Source: Eledone cirrhosa
Taxonomy: Eukaryota
NCBI GenBank assembly: GCA_964016885.1
Contig: OZ024741.1
Coordinates: 390,414,001 to 390,478,000 of the forward strand
Direction of reading: 5' to 3'
DNA length: 64,000 nt
Shown here: positions 1 to 14,479 of the stretch, one piece after another
Layout of the letters: each line of letters begins with the position of its first letter
Position numbering within the stretch: position 1 is the stretch's first letter
Notes under the pieces: generated by a model
Databases searched by the model: none
What the model saw: the letters and a program-made list of their open reading frames with translations, nothing else
What the model was told of the DNA's origin: nothing
Translations under genes and position numbers: made by a program

Positions 1-461
1 AACAGCTAACAAGTGGCAACAGGGAAAGCCACAAGACAACACTGAAAAAAATGTCACAGCCCACAGGTGAATCTACACTTGCAATATCAGGACCCCTTTA
101 GGTGACTAAATATATATATATATATACACATAATACACACACACATATACATAAACACACACGCACATACATACACACACACATATATATATATATATGT
201 GTACACATATAAAGCCACCAAGGAGTCACAGAAGAAAGCAGTGTCACACTATTGTTATTATTGAACATACAAGTTTCTTTTTTTGTGTGTGAAAAAAAAA
301 AAAATTAAATAAAAAATTTAATAAGAAAAAATACGTTTGCCCTCCAACTAAAAAAAACCATTATATTTTAATAATCTTTAGATTCTTTGGAATATAAATT
401 TCAGAATTCCAGTTGCAACTACTTTAAGCAATAGCAATAATGGCAAGTAGAATGTAACAGA

Positions 462-660
462 GAACCAGGCAATAACCCCCAGTACCAGACAGTACCAGAC
501 AGTAACCCCCAGTACCAAGTAGTAACCCCTAGTACCAGACAGTACCAGACAGTAACCCCTAGTACCAGGCAATAACCCCCAGTACCAGACAGTAACCCCC
601 AGTACCAAGTAGTAACCCCTAGTACCAGACAGTACCAGACAGTACCAGACAGTAACCCAA
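462..660. repeat. Minisatellite of CAGTACCAGA / GTAACCCC(C/T)AGTACCA subunits
   Basis: Direct tandem repetition; explains ORFs 378..608 and 419..667; probably in the host gene 3' UTR or downstream. Confidence 0.9.
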
Positions 661-1923
661 TGTTCAAAGTTTCAACTTTCTTATTGCCATTATGAATTTC
701 ATATCATATTTTAAAATGTATTCAACATGTCTTCACCCCACCCCACCACCCCACCCCACACACACACACTGAGTCACACCAGAACAGGACAGGTTTCAAA
801 TTTTCAAAGATTCATTTAAAAGATAATTCTGTTAAGAATTTACTGAAGAAAATATAATACAATAGATATTTTACATACATACCTACAGACATACATATAC
901 ACATATACTATATGCAAATACATACATATACACACACATAAACACAGACAGCACACACAACCAGTTGTGATAAACAATATAAAATTTATCAATTTATCCT
1001 GAATGTCATGATAAGAACTGGTGAATATGTACATGTATATGTGTGTTTACGTATGAATGTGCAATGTGCATGCACTACCAAACTGCCTGCAAAGGTGTCA
1101 CCTTCAATATTATCAGAAATAATCATGAAATTAAAACAAAAAAAAAAAAGAGAGAAAAAATACATCTGTTTCCATTCTGAATGACTCACAGCTGAAGGAA
1201 TTAAGTTTCACATAAAAGGCAAAAGGCAAAACAGATTTTTTTTGTTTTGTTCGGAATTCTCATTCAAATCAATCTAATGCTCAGATCAAGGTTCAGTACC
1301 CAAATAAGGGTTCAATACCCAGATCAGGGTTGAAAACCTGCAAGAAAATTGCAACTAGTCATTCATTAATTTATTTTTGTTTGTGTTTATTTTATTATAT
1401 ATAATTTCATACTTAATTTTTTTTTCTTTCTTAGAGCCATTTTCTACAAACGGTTGTCTAAGCACTGTATCGTTTCATTTTTTTGTTTGTTTGTTTTGGA
1501 TTGTTTCAGTTTTTGTTTTTTTCTTTCTGGTTTCTCATCACCAGAAATTTTTTTTTTTTTGGGGGGGGGGGGGTATTTTTTTGTTTATAGATAAGGGCAA
1601 CACCTTCAGAAAAGTGGATTTATCAACCACATGTGCTGCTAACAACCTTCATTCAGAATTCATGCTTAAAGCTATATAATATCTTTTAATACAACTTAAA
1701 CAAACTGGGCAAAACAGAGTTTTCTTTTCTACAGGTTATAGTTGTGGAAAAAAACAAAACTGTTATAAATCTATGAGATTTGTATATGTGTGTGTGCATG
1801 TATGTGTGTGTATATAGATGAATAAGATCTCAACACAAATGCATGTTACCTAAGGTTTCAAACTTCAACCAGCATAGAATATGAACATTCTATATCTGGT
1901 AGTTTAGTTATCTTCAGGAAAAA

Positions 1924-1960
<37 letters not shown>

Positions 1961-2164
1961 CATGTGTGAGTGTTATCTAACAATGTAGAGGGCTAGACTC
2001 ACCGGAAAACCCAGACAGGAGCTCCACAAACAATGAACAAGAACAGTATGCTGTATAACACAAGTTGGTACTAACCTCAATGAAGATCTCTAAATAAGAA
2101 GACCCTCTAAAAGTCAGCCAGGTGCAAATGATCCCAGCAGGAGGTCTCCCATGAATGTTGGGAA

Positions 2165-2206
<42 letters not shown>

Positions 2207-2939
2207 CGAGAGAGAATCTTCACCAAAACCATTGATTTAAAGGTTTCATGGTTATACAATTCTTACAAATTATTGATATAATCCAGCCATGAAGAAATAT
2301 TATAGTTTTTTCTAAAATAACTTTTTGTTTTGTTTTTGTTTTCAATAAATTGACAAGATACTGCTTCTTTTAAACATTTCTAGAAAGAACATTTATATGT
2401 GAGCAAATTATCAAGAGATGTACTGAATAAAGACTAGGAACAATGAATTATCAATTAATTATGCAAGATGCCATTTTGAAATGGAAAGTAGAGGTGAGTA
2501 TCTTGCTCAAGAACACAAAACCTGCAGCAGAGTGTGATCTGAAAGCACTTGAGGCAAGAAACTTCAGCTGCTTGCATAATTGTGTTTATCAATAATAGTA
2601 AAAGTAGTTGGACAAGAGAAATTACATTAATTTGTCTAATATGATTGCTATATTTATTTTACTGCAGTTTCTGCTATTGATGTTATTGTCATTGTTGCTG
2701 TAAAAACTACAGTCAAACTGAAATTGATAGCATGCTACCTTGAGTAGCTAGTGTGTTAGCAAAGTCAAAGGCAGCTTGGTCATAGATACTAATAGGTTAG
2801 ACCAACTTAGGAGCAGTCACTTCTGACTGATAAATTTACCACAGAGACAGAGAGAGAAAAATCTGAATGAGGTTGATGGCAGAAAGTAGATGGAAATTAT
2901 AATATTAAACAGTTTGATGCTACAGTTGTGATCAACTCA

Positions 2940-3139
2940 TCAACTCTGTGGTGTTGTAACTATTTCATCATCATCATCATCAGTGTCTTTATCTGAAAGT
3001 GTTGCTGCTGCAGCTGCTGCTCTGTTGGTTGGTGAGTTAGTAACCTGCATCACAACATCACAGAACGACTGGAGGCTGTTGGTTGGCCATTTTTCACCAG
3101 GATACACACAGGAATAATCACAGCTGCCTATAAATGAGT
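2940..3139 (-). CDS. Probable terminal coding exon of an unidentified host gene: (D)SFIGSCDYSCVYPGEKWPTNSLQSFCDVVMQVTNSPTNRAAAAAATLSDKDTDDDDDEIVTTPQS*
   Basis: Strong acceptor tttgtttttttgcag ending at 3140; phase-1 frame open for 65 codons to TGA at 2940-2942; no transposon motifs; phase matches the donor of exon 55369-55575. Confidence 0.7.
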
Positions 3140-3378
3140 CTGCAAAAAAACAAATTCAGAAGTTTCCATATATTTGTAGATAATATTTGAAAAATGAAAA
3201 ATTAAATTAAAATGAAACTTCATACAAGAAGTGAAAATAAGATGTGGTTTTTATCTTATTCTTAAAAACCATTATCAGCATTTTTTTAAAAAACAGTTGA
3301 TATGACACTGGCTGTGATTGGTATACATACTAATATATGCAGACACGCAAATGCACATACATGAGTGTATATATACAG

Positions 3379-3442
<64 letters not shown>

Positions 3443-5427
3443 CAGTGCTCAAATGTATGAAAAATAACAGCTGTATAGAGAAGTGCAGAGAAATGTCAGT
3501 GGAAGAGGTTGACCTAGGAAGAGACAAGATGAAATAATGAAGACTGACATTAGGAAACTAAACCTCAAAACAAACTTGACAAATAAAGTGAGAATTGACA
3601 ACATATGATACTGGTGAAAACTCACCTGCCAATATAAAAATGTGATATGAACCACTCCTACCCCCTCTCCACTACTGCTTCTTAGTAACTCTTCTCACCA
3701 TGACAGTACACTCCCCCTCAACTCTATACATGATCAGCTGATCCCTCTTAGACCTTAACAGTCCAATTATAACTCCTTAGTGACACAGACCCCTACCCAC
3801 ACACCATTAAGGATTTACTTGTCAACTTGTGGAATTCCACCACACTTGTCAAACACTAATGGCATACTTTCTCACACCTCCTCTATCTGTTATACACCCA
3901 TGACCATATACTTGTCAGCCCAATCTCAGACCTACTGTCATATACCAATGACATCATAATTATCATCCTGTTTACTTACTTCCTCCTATTCCTTCCTCAT
4001 AGGGTAGAAAGAGCTCTTCAAGCAAGTCAATAACTGACAACTTCCCTAGTGGCACTGCCATAATAAAATGCCTCCAGCCCAGCTCACTCTGTTAGGAAAG
4101 ACTTCTAACCATAGAAACCATGCCAAAAACAGTTGAGAGAACGTTTCAGCCATGGCACAACAACATATCTTGCGTTGATGCCACAAAAAAATGAACCTAG
4201 TACCCCCTGTAAGGTGGTTGATGATAGGAAGGAGATCCAGCTATAGAAACCATGCAAAAGACGAGTTGAGAGGACTCTTCAGTTTTGTCAAGGGCACCAT
4301 AACCTTGCTGGTGTTGGTGGTGCAATACACACACTCATTACACTGTAAAGTGGTTGATGATAAGAAAAGCATCCACTCTACATAACTATATTGATTATAT
4401 AGCCTACATAACTATATTGATTATATACTCCATAGTCTATATAATAATACAGCTGTCCTTGGCTATATATACTTTACAGTTTGATGACTGTAGCTATGTT
4501 GGTTATACACTACATAGACTATATAATACAGCTGTCCCTAGCTATATATACTTTACAGTTTTATGATTGTAGCTATGTTGGTAACATAGTCTCATCATTA
4601 TTATCATTATCAAACATTCATTATTCCACACGTGCCTGGGTTAGATGAGTTCTTCTCAGTACAGCATCTCTCCACTTGTCACATTGCAGTTATCTTGATT
4701 ATATACTCTACATAGACTACACAAACTCTAAGTAATGTCAATAATTTTAAGGTTTTATCTAAATTGATTAGAGTCTCCGAATAGTTTTCTGATTCCGACT
4801 ATTTAGTGTCAATTTATATCATTTGGCAGTGTCTATGTTGATTATACACTCTCACAGTTGTCCTTGTCTATATAGACTTTACACTCTAATGGGTGTGTCT
4901 AAATTCTCTTAAGTTTTCTCGTAGTTCCAGTCTTGTAGTTGTGTCTAAATTGATGCATATATATATAGTCAATTTAGGTGAATAACCACAGATTTTATAG
5001 TCCTCATCACTTTATTCATAAATGAATAAAATGATTTGAACTATAAAATATTTGGTTATTCATCTAAATATAATTATTATACTCTGTATTTTTCCATTGA
5101 GTTTTAATGCACTTGGTTACCCACTTCCATTGATATATATACAATAAAGAGAGACAAACACAGATATATACATATATGCATTCAAATCACAAGGGACAAA
5201 AACTGCCAGAGTGAAGCAAATACTGACTAAAGATAACACGGTTCACAAGGCTCAATTAAAAGGACAAATTAAGATTTACAAACCGATTATGATAACTATC
5301 AACATCCAGACAGCTCTAGGGAGAACTGTTTTGCAATTCAGTGGAGATAGTTAAAAATCCAATACTCTTCAGTGGATGTTCAGATCAGTAATCACTTCAC
5401 TACTAATTTCCTTAGAAGACTAAATAA

Positions 5428-5614
5428 TTGTTTCTACTTTTGGAACAAGGCCAGCAATTACCCAGTGCATTACTGGTACTTTATTTTATCGACCCCGTAA
5501 GGATGAAAGGCAAAGTCAACCTTGGCAGGATTTGAACTCAGATCGTAAAGGGACGTAACTATGCTGGAAAGCATGGCGTCCGACCCTCCACCGATACTGC
5601 CAATCCACCGCCCT
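5428..5614 (-). mobile_element. tRNA-derived SINE with a Meta-domain-like core and target-site duplication
   Basis: Minus strand has a B-box-like gagttcaaatcc and core gactttgcctttcatccttacggggtcgataaaataaagtacc; flanked by ctta(g/a)aagactaaataat at 5411-5428 and 5615-5632; other copies at 26155-26370 (+) and 54221-54407 (-). Confidence 0.75.
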
Positions 5615-6627
5615 CTTAAAAGACTAAATAATGCGCGTGTTAGGAAATCAATATTATGATATTCATATCAGGTTTGAACTGATATGAATATCATAATAAT
5701 TAATGAGTAGCCTAGGAATTGCATACCAAGCACAGTAATGATATTTAGCATTTCTTATAAGGGCGCCATAGCTGAAGAAGTGACACAGTAAAGCAGAAAA
5801 CATTTGAAACACCAAGAAAGTCTGTAGAGATGTACAAAAATGGAATCAATATCTGAAACAAACGTTAGTAGCAGTTGCTAACTAACAAGTGCAACAGATC
5901 TCTTTACTTCATTGCTTTAACAGCAGATAAGCATATGGAGAAGAAGTCAAATTATTCCCACTTTTCTAGAAGCAAGCTTTCCAACATTTGTACAAAAACA
6001 AATGAACATGCTTCCTTACCTAAATACCGCATGCTCAAATTAAATTTATAAAATCCAAAACTTTTTCTAAGTCATCTTGACATTCCGTGTAAAAAAATCA
6101 CCTTCCTAAAGTCAGGAGAGATAATGGGAAGATAACTGAGTAAGATAAAGAATCAACTTTACAAATAATTAAAGACCTACATGAAGAATGCCAAGGAAAT
6201 TGTATGATAAAGAATGGTTAAATAGAACAAAGAGTTGTTTGGTTATAGGAGATCTGGACAGTTGTGTTTGTACTTAACAATGCCACTGGGCCTTCTCATA
6301 CTTTCACAGATTGTCTGATAGTATATATATAAGTGTGTGAATGTGCCCCAGCATGGCTGTAGACTAATAAATGTAACCAGTAAAGAAAGTAAGAGAGTAT
6401 GTGTGTGTGTATCAAGTGTCACATCAAAGTTGCAGCTGCAATAGAGCAGACACCAATCAAATTATTTGAGGTCATCCCTAAGCAATCACTGATGTGGGAA
6501 ATTAATTCAATTTCTTTATCAGAGTGAACACATAAATTATGTGAGTGAGACACAATGAATAATATATAGATCAGGTGTATGTAACCCATAGTGTATAACA
6601 AAAACAACAACAAATACCGAATCAACC

Positions 6628-6875
6628 TCATCATCATTTTTACATCTGCTTTTCCTCACTGGCATGGGTTGGACAGGTCCTTTCCAACACAGCATCTCCC
6701 CATTCGCCGTGTTCCTTCATCATCTCCTCTGTGAGTGTCAGTGATTTGAGATCAGCTGTCGCCACCTCCACCCAGGTCTTCCTTGGTCCACCTCTACTGC
6801 GGCTTCCTTCCACTGGGATTTTTCTGACACTTCTTCACCCAGCAATCATTATCCATATGCATCACATGTCCATAT
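6628..6875 (-). mobile_element. RTE LINE 3' fragment
   Basis: Minus strand encodes GRSRSRGGPRKTWVEVATADLKSL and ends in a (GAT)n tail; similar to 13960-14150. Confidence 0.8.
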
Positions 6876-8338
6876 TAATTCATGCCAGGTTGGAAAGTGG
6901 ATGTAAAATGATGATCTGTGTGTATGTATATGTGTGTGTGTATGTGTGTGTGTGTGTGTGTGTGTGTCCTAACAGGGTACCTTATTTATTGACATTATAA
7001 GGATGAAAGGCAAAGTTGAGCTCATTAGGATTTGAAGTCAGAATGTCAGAAGCTGGAAAAAAAATAGTTCCAGGCTTTTCATCCAGAGCAACAAATGCTT
7101 GCGAATTCATCAGAGAAGGAAACACACCCAATATACCCTGTAAGGTGGTTGGTATTAGGAAGGGCATCTAGCCATTGAAACCATACCAAATATGGAACAT
7201 ATGAGCAATATGAGGTCACCCTGACCAATCTAGTCTCAGACCATGACAATCCATGCCATGATGATGATGAAGAGAGAGGAACAAAAAAGATAGCTTTAAA
7301 TGATAAACATATGTAAATGAAGAAGACAGGAAGAAAACTTGTAGAAAACAAAAATTGTGAAAATGAAATTGATAAGGAAACTATCAGAGATAGCTTAAAA
7401 AAGAGAAGAATGACAAATGACTGAGCAGGCAATATTACAAATATATATGAGGTGTAGGGTCGATGTCACAATAAAATGCACCGAGTAGCCTCTGTAAAGT
7501 GGTTAACATTAGGAAAGGTATCCAACTGTAGAGCCACCATACAAGTGAGACGTGGCCTGTATAGGAGGGCAGTAATTCTGAATAAAAACTGACTTTGACA
7601 AGCCCATCTAGCCCCTGTGAACATGGAAAATAGATGTAAAATGATGTGATAATCATGGTGAAAAGATACCAGATGTATTCTATAACAATACCAAAGTAGA
7701 TGTGGTTTTAGTAATAAAACAGAATAAATAAAGAAATCATTTGATGTTTAATTAGTGAGGTTTAAAACTAGCTTTTCACTTAAAATTTATTTAACTAACT
7801 GGGTGCTTTCTTATAAAAGAAAATTACCATATATACCTGTATTTAAGCCAAGAAATATGTGACAAAAAAATTGATGGTAAAATTGAAGTAAACAAAAATT
7901 CGAGCAACTTGTTGAAACTATACAAAATAGTGGTAAAAAATCATTACATAATGAAGTTGTAAAACAAAATCTATACTCTAAACGATACTTAAAACATTTT
8001 AAATATCAAAATATTAAAACTTCAGAAATATATTCTCCTCTCATGAGAATTTCAAAATATTATGTGTTGATTAGCTGCTTATAAATGGGGTTTGGATTTT
8101 TGCCCATTTCTCAGGCATAGAATATATGGTAGATCCAAACATTTCTTTGAAAAAAAAACAACATTTTTATATTGTAGAATACCTCACAATAAACATGAAA
8201 ATACATCTTTATATTGTAGAGAACCTCACAATGGACATAAAATATAGATGCTGGATATTACATAGGAGCTACTGAGAAATAAAATGAATTAGTTTCATCT
8301 AGCTACAGATTGACATAGCAAAGAGAGAGATATATATA

Positions 8339-9508
8339 CAAGGAGCATTCAAAAATTTTGTGGAAAAATGGAATGAAAAGAAAACTATTTTATATAAAAG
8401 TTTTATTTCTCCACATAACCATCATCAATATCAAAGTACTTTTCTAAGTGATGATACCAATCATGTATACTGTCCTGATAGAATTGAAGGTTATGAGAAT
8501 TTAACCATGTCAAATAAGCTGTTGTTACATGATTAATGGTCTCAAATTGGGTACCTTTTAAAAAATATTTAAGTTAAGGAAATAAGAAAAAATGAGAAGG
8601 TGCTAAATCAGGACTTTAGAGTAGATGTCTAATAATTTCCCATCAAAATTCCTGCAAGATTTCCCTTGTTTGATGAGTGCAATTGGAAGGGTGGAGAAGA
8701 ACTCTCTGGTGAGGTTTTCCAAGGTGCTTTTCTGCTAAATTTCTCTAAGAATTCAACTAACAAAATGCTCTCAGCATCCCTTTCCTCCTGAACAATTCCC
8801 TCTTGCTTTGACCGGATGCTTTCCATCTTTGAGTAACAATTGCTTTGACTGAGCTTTATCTTTAGGATTATACTGTTGAAGTCATGTTTTATTTCCAGTC
8901 ACAATTCGCTTCAGAAAGCCTTCTGGATTTTGTTAAAACCTTTCTAAAGAAAGCTCTGCTCTTGTTTTTTGTTGATCCAGGAACAACAGTCTTGGCACCC
9001 AGTGGACAGAAGGTTTTCTCAGCTTTAATCTATCACTTAAAATTGTGTGAACTGAACCAACTGAGATGTCTAGGGTGTGAGCTATTTTTTCTGTTGTTAA
9101 TCGTTGGTTACCACCAATAAAATCTCAAACAGTATTGATATTTTCTTCAAAAACTGATGTTGATGGTCCGTCGGTCCATTCATCATCTTCAACTCCATCT
9201 CATGTTTATTTGAAATGAGTTATCTTTTTGTAAACTACTGATTTTTTAAGCTTCAATAATGACCTTTTGTTCCCAACCAAGTTTTATCATAAATTTGATG
9301 TTGGCTATTGCTTCAGTTTTGACAGAACACATGTTGCTTTAAGAGTGATTGTTTTTAAAATGGCGTAAATTTCAATCTCCAAATTACTTCTGGATCATAC
9401 AGGTTAGAACAGGTATGTACATGTTTAAGTTGCTGCAAGCAAGAAACAAAATATTTGCACAGTATTCCTATAATCAACATTTTCCACAAACTTTTTGATT
9501 GCCCCTCA
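8339..9508 (-). mobile_element. Degenerate mariner transposon (Hsmar2/irritans-like)
   Basis: TIRs caaggagcattcaaaaattttgtggaaaaatg and catttttccacaaactttttgattgcccctca, both TA-flanked; minus strand reads RIVTGNKT*LQQYNPKDKAQSKQLLLKDGKHPVKAR. Confidence 0.85.
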
Positions 9509-9907
9509 TATATCTAAATGAAATAGAGAGAGATGGACAATGAACTATCTGGCCAGTTAGATTGCTAGAAAGACAGAGGGATTGCTGTAGGTGGATGGAA
9601 GGGAATATAAATTAAAGAACGGATTGTCATTAAATACAAAAAGAATACACTCTTAAATAACAAGAAAAATATCATTGATTACTCCGAAAATAAGTTAATA
9701 TAATAAAATAAATAGGAAAAATAATTGTGATATTATTTGTATCAAAGAAAATACATAGCCAATCTTTTGGATTACATCCTTTGTTTACAAATGGATGTCT
9801 GTTTGCTGACATCTGAAAGCTGTGATAATAAATTTAGTATATACTTGTGTATATATAATTACTGTATATACTTGTGTATAATTATACAGGGAGATAGGTC
9901 AGACTAG

Positions 9908-10098
9908 AAGATAAGTTGCATTGGTAGATAAGTTGCACCAGTAAATAAGTTGTATTGGTAGATAAGTTACACCAGTAGATAAGTTGTATTGGTAGATAAG
10001 TTGCACCAGTAGATAAGTTGTATTGGTAGATAAGTTGCACCAGTAGATAAGTTATATTGGTAGATAAGTCACACCAGTAGATAAGTTGCATTGGTAGA
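9908..10098. repeat. Minisatellite, 34-bp dimer of 17-mers GTAGATAAGTTGCACCA / GTAGATAAGTTGTATTG
   Basis: Direct tandem copies. Confidence 0.9.
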
Positions 10099-11365
10099 GC
10101 CCTATTAACTCATAGCCAAGCCCCTAGATAAGTCACACAGCTACAGCCCTATTAAAAACCTCAGGCTTTTGGGGTATTTCAGGCCAATTTAAGCACTTGC
10201 CTCTTTTATATCACAACAGCAAAAATTTAGCCTAGACAGCTTAATGAATGCTATGGCTCTGTGCACTGGTAGATGTCCCACCTCCATTTACATACAAAAT
10301 TTACAATCATAATCATCATTTAATGTCCATTTTCCACACTTTCATGGGTTAGACAGGTTGTCATGATATGAGACAAGTCAGGTCCAGAAACCAAGACATG
10401 CTCATATGGATCTGTATTTTGGCTTGGTTTCTATGGCTGGATACCCTTCCTAACACCAACCACATTAAAGTGTGGAGTGGATGCTTTTTATTGTGGCACT
10501 GAAATGACTACCTTACAGGGTGGACTGGGCACTTTCTGTTGTGTCACCAACATGACTGGGTGCTTTCTGTACCATTTTAAATTGTAGCTTTGTAAGTCCA
10601 GTAGATAAGCAACATTCTAGTATTCTATGCTTTTTCATGGGAAAAGCTATTACTTACACATCAGTATATATAGTATATACATGAGACAACTGTTACCTCT
10701 CATATACACACAATATATTATCTTTATGTATTCATATATTCTAAATTTTTGCAGTTGGAATTATTACTCCCTGCTTGTGTGTGTGTGTGTTAAGCAAACC
10801 AGTGAAATAATTTGTGCAGTAAATTTGCTAAAATACCATGGGGCATAGGGAAAAACATGAGACATACACCTACACATATGCATACATACATATATACATA
10901 CATACATGTGTACATCTACACACACAAACATACATAGAAGGATTACACAGGAAAACCTACAGCAAGCAGTTACCACCAATGGTTGCTGTTATTAAAACAA
11001 CAGAAACTGTTTCTTCCAAATTTAAACATTGTTCTCAAAAAAAAAAAAAAATCAATAAAAGTAAATGAAGCAAAAGTTATTTACATATGCACAATTATTT
11101 AAACAAATATGTATTTTCTTTCAGTACAATGCATAATTAATAATAATAATAATATTAATAAAGAACAATACAACATATTAGTATATATAAAACAATTGTA
11201 TTTTTACATGTGTGTGTGCATATTAAATCATATAAGACCATTGTTCAATTTAATACTCAATACTTAAGAAAGTAAAGTGTAGGTATTATAATGATTTTCT
11301 GCCTTTCAGCTTAGCTCTTGCCATTTTAACAATGTGTGAGGCAGAAAATCATTATATTACACACG

Positions 11366-11409
<44 letters not shown>

Positions 11410-11459
11410 TACATATATGTATAAATATATATATACATATATGTATAAATATATATAGA

Positions 11460-12612
11460 GGAACAGTCAGCAACGTCAGAATTAACAATGACTATAGCGA
11501 AGAATTTACCATGCAAGTCGGTATCCATCAGTTCTTAGCCCACTCCTTTTTATTATTGTCCTGCAGGCTATAACAGAGAAATTTAAGACTGGCGGTTCAT
11601 GGGAACTTCTGAATGCAGATGACCTAACCCTTATAACTGACTCTGGAAGCGTGGCTTAGAATCAAAAGGTCTTAAAGTTAACTTGTCGAAGACCAAAGTC
11701 CTAGTATGTAGAAAGAAAAGCAAGGCCCAGATCCCCCCAGGGAAATGGTATTGTTCAGCTGAAAAGGTGTAGGTAGAAATTCCATCCTATGTCCCAAGGG
11801 GTACACAATAGATGTAGTGGGATCTCAGGCAGGCTATCAAAGAACAAAAGTTTTATATGTGGCTGATGCACAGGTGCAGTAAGTAGCAAGAGCCCACAGG
11901 ATACTAACCCCTTCAAATGCTCAGAGGGCTCTGTAGAAGTAGTAGACAGTTTCTGTTACCTAGGTGATCAAATTAGCAGTGGAGGAAGGTGTTCCAAGTG
12001 CACAGTAGCCAGAGTGAGAACAGATTGAAGAAAGTTCATGGAGCTACTATTGCTGCTAACCTCAAAAGATTTTTTCCTCAAAATGAAGGGCAGATTGTAT
12101 GATGCATGTATACAAACAGCAATGTTGCATGGTAGTGAGATGTGACCTGGGTGCTGTGTGCAAAGGACTTGCAAAGATTGGAAAGAAATAAAGCCAACAT
12201 GCTTCGATGGATGTGTAATTCATGAATGGCAAAGCATAAATAAACTGAGAGAGAAACTGGGTATAAGAGTGACCAGATGTAGTGTGCAGGAGAGGAGATA
12301 GCGATGGTATGAACATGTGATTTCCTCAACCGAAATAAGCAGTCCACACTGTAAAGGGACTGTTTTGGTGCCATGACAAGAAGCACCCAGCACATACTGT
12401 AAAGTGGTCGTGTTGGTGACACAACAAAAAGCACCCAGTACACACTGTAAATGTGGTTGACATTAGGAAGGGCATCTAGCCATAGAAACCAACCCAAAAT
12501 TAGTTGTGTGTGAGCAAGACCTAGTCATCTGACCTGCCTTGTCTCACAATGGGACAGCTCGTCTAACCTATGCTAGCATGGAAAATGGACACGTGATAAT
12601 GATGATGATGAT
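11460..12612 (+). mobile_element. 5'-truncated degraded RTE LINE (family A) with 3' UTR
   Basis: Colinear with about 62375-63885; frameshifted; (GAT)n tail; TA-rich flanks. Confidence 0.9.
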
Positions 12613-13023
12613 ACATATGTATATATATATAGTTGAAAGAGTTCCATACAAATCAAAGGTTATGGGTAAAAAGTAAAAGTGTAAAAGCACAGTAGTATAT
12701 TCAAAGATTTTTCTTTAATCAGAATGAATATATTTATAATTGTTACATTAAGTGGATTTAAATTTTGACAAATATTACCGGTTTTGATTTGTATGTCAAT
12801 CTTTACAAATATTACAAAAACGATTTGTTCACATATTCTGTGAGTACTTGGAATATATGTGAAATTTTGGTCAAAATTTCTTCTAATTGTGTGTATATAT
12901 GTGCGTAAATTTGGACCTGGATTTCTACCTAGCACCTTTGAAATGTGACCATCAACATCTTGACCAGTCACGGATCACCAGCACATTACCCAAACTTCAT
13001 ATAATAAATATATATATACATAT

Positions 13024-14152
13024 ATGGAGTTTAGTGAGGAATTCCAGATACAAGTAGGAGTACATCAGGGTTCAGTCCTCAGCCTGCTCTTGTTCATTAT
13101 AGTCCTCCAAGCCATAACAGAGGAGTTTAAGACTGGCTGCCCATGGGAACTTCTTTATGCCGATGATCTGGTTCTTATAGCAGAATCAGTAGAGGAGCTA
13201 GAGAATAAATTCTGGCTATGGAAACAGCAGTTGGAAGCAAGAGGACTGAGAGTGAACATAGCTAAGACAAAAGTGTTGATAAGTAGAAGAGAGGACAATA
13301 CTCTGATTCTGTCAGGGAAATGGCCACGTTCGATATGTAGAAAAGGAACTGGCATAAATTCCATAAAATGTACGCAATGCAGATCTTGGGTACACAAGAG
13401 ATGTATTGGCATAGCAGGCAAACTAACGGGTAGGGAAAACTACGCATGCAGTAGATGTACAGGGAAAGTTGACAGTAGTAATCACAGTGATAGACACATT
13501 TTTCAACTGCAGGTGGGTTCTATAGAAGCGGTTGATAGTTTCCGGTACCTATGTGATCAGATTAGCATGGAAGGGGTATTCTGAGGCCATAGTATCTAGA
13601 ATAAGGACGGATTAGAAGAAGTTTAGAGAGCTGCTTCCTCTGTTGAGAAAGAAGGGTTTCTCCCTGCGTACGAAAGGCCAGTTATATGATGCCTGTGTGA
13701 GATGCACGATGCTGCATGGTAGTGAGACATGGGCAGCAACTACAGAGGATATGCGATGGCTGGAGAGAAATGAAGCAAGCATGCTCCGTTGGATGTGCAA
13801 TGTCAATGTGAGTGAACAACCAAGCATATATGAGTTGAGGGAGAAACTGGGTATAAGAGGGATAAGTTGTGGTGTGCAGGAGAGAAGACTGAGATGGTAT
13901 GGACATGTGATACGCATGGAGGATGACCGCTGGGTAAAGAAGTGCCAGGAAATCCCGGTGGAAGGAAGACGTAGTAGAGGAAGACCACGAAAAACATGGG
14001 CAGAGGTGGTGAGAACTGACCTCAGATTGCTGAAGCTCACAGAGGAGATGACAAGGGACCATGACAAATGGAGAGATGCTGTGCTGAACAAGACCCGTCC
14101 CACCCTTGCAAGCAGGGAAAAGCGGACGTAAAATGATGATGATGATGGTGAT
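13024..14152 (+). mobile_element. 5'-truncated RTE LINE (family B, almost no 3' UTR)
   Basis: ORFs 13024..13584 (GVHQGSVLS, YADD, Cys finger) and 13643..14131 (RLRWYGHV, RGRPRKTW) separated by a frameshift; (GAT)n tail directly after the stop. Confidence 0.95.
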
Positions 14153-14420
14153 GATATATATATCATCATCATTATCATCATCAAGATATATATATTATGC
14201 TGGTATCACAAAACATCCAGCCCACTCTGTAAAGTGGTCATGTAGGTGTCATGATAAAAAGCACCCCGCCCACACTGTAAAGTCATCATGTAGGAGACAT
14301 TGCAAAAAGCACCCAGCCATAGAAAACCAGCCAGAAACAGTCCTTTATAAGTTGGGTCATCTGACCCAACTTGCCTCTAATGGGACAAACCCATGCTAGC
14401 ATGGAAAATAGACATTAAAC

Positions 14421-14457
<37 letters not shown>

Positions 14458-14479
14458 TACACACACAAACATATAAAAA

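Noticed and set aside
4420-4590. Short local duplications (also 29100-29350 and 33170-33380)
   Set aside because: Ordinary diverged tandem duplications with no further structure
13612-14184. Antisense ORFs over RTE copies (also 17459-18369 and 60604-63297)
   Set aside because: Shadow frames of the RT coding strand with no independent motifs
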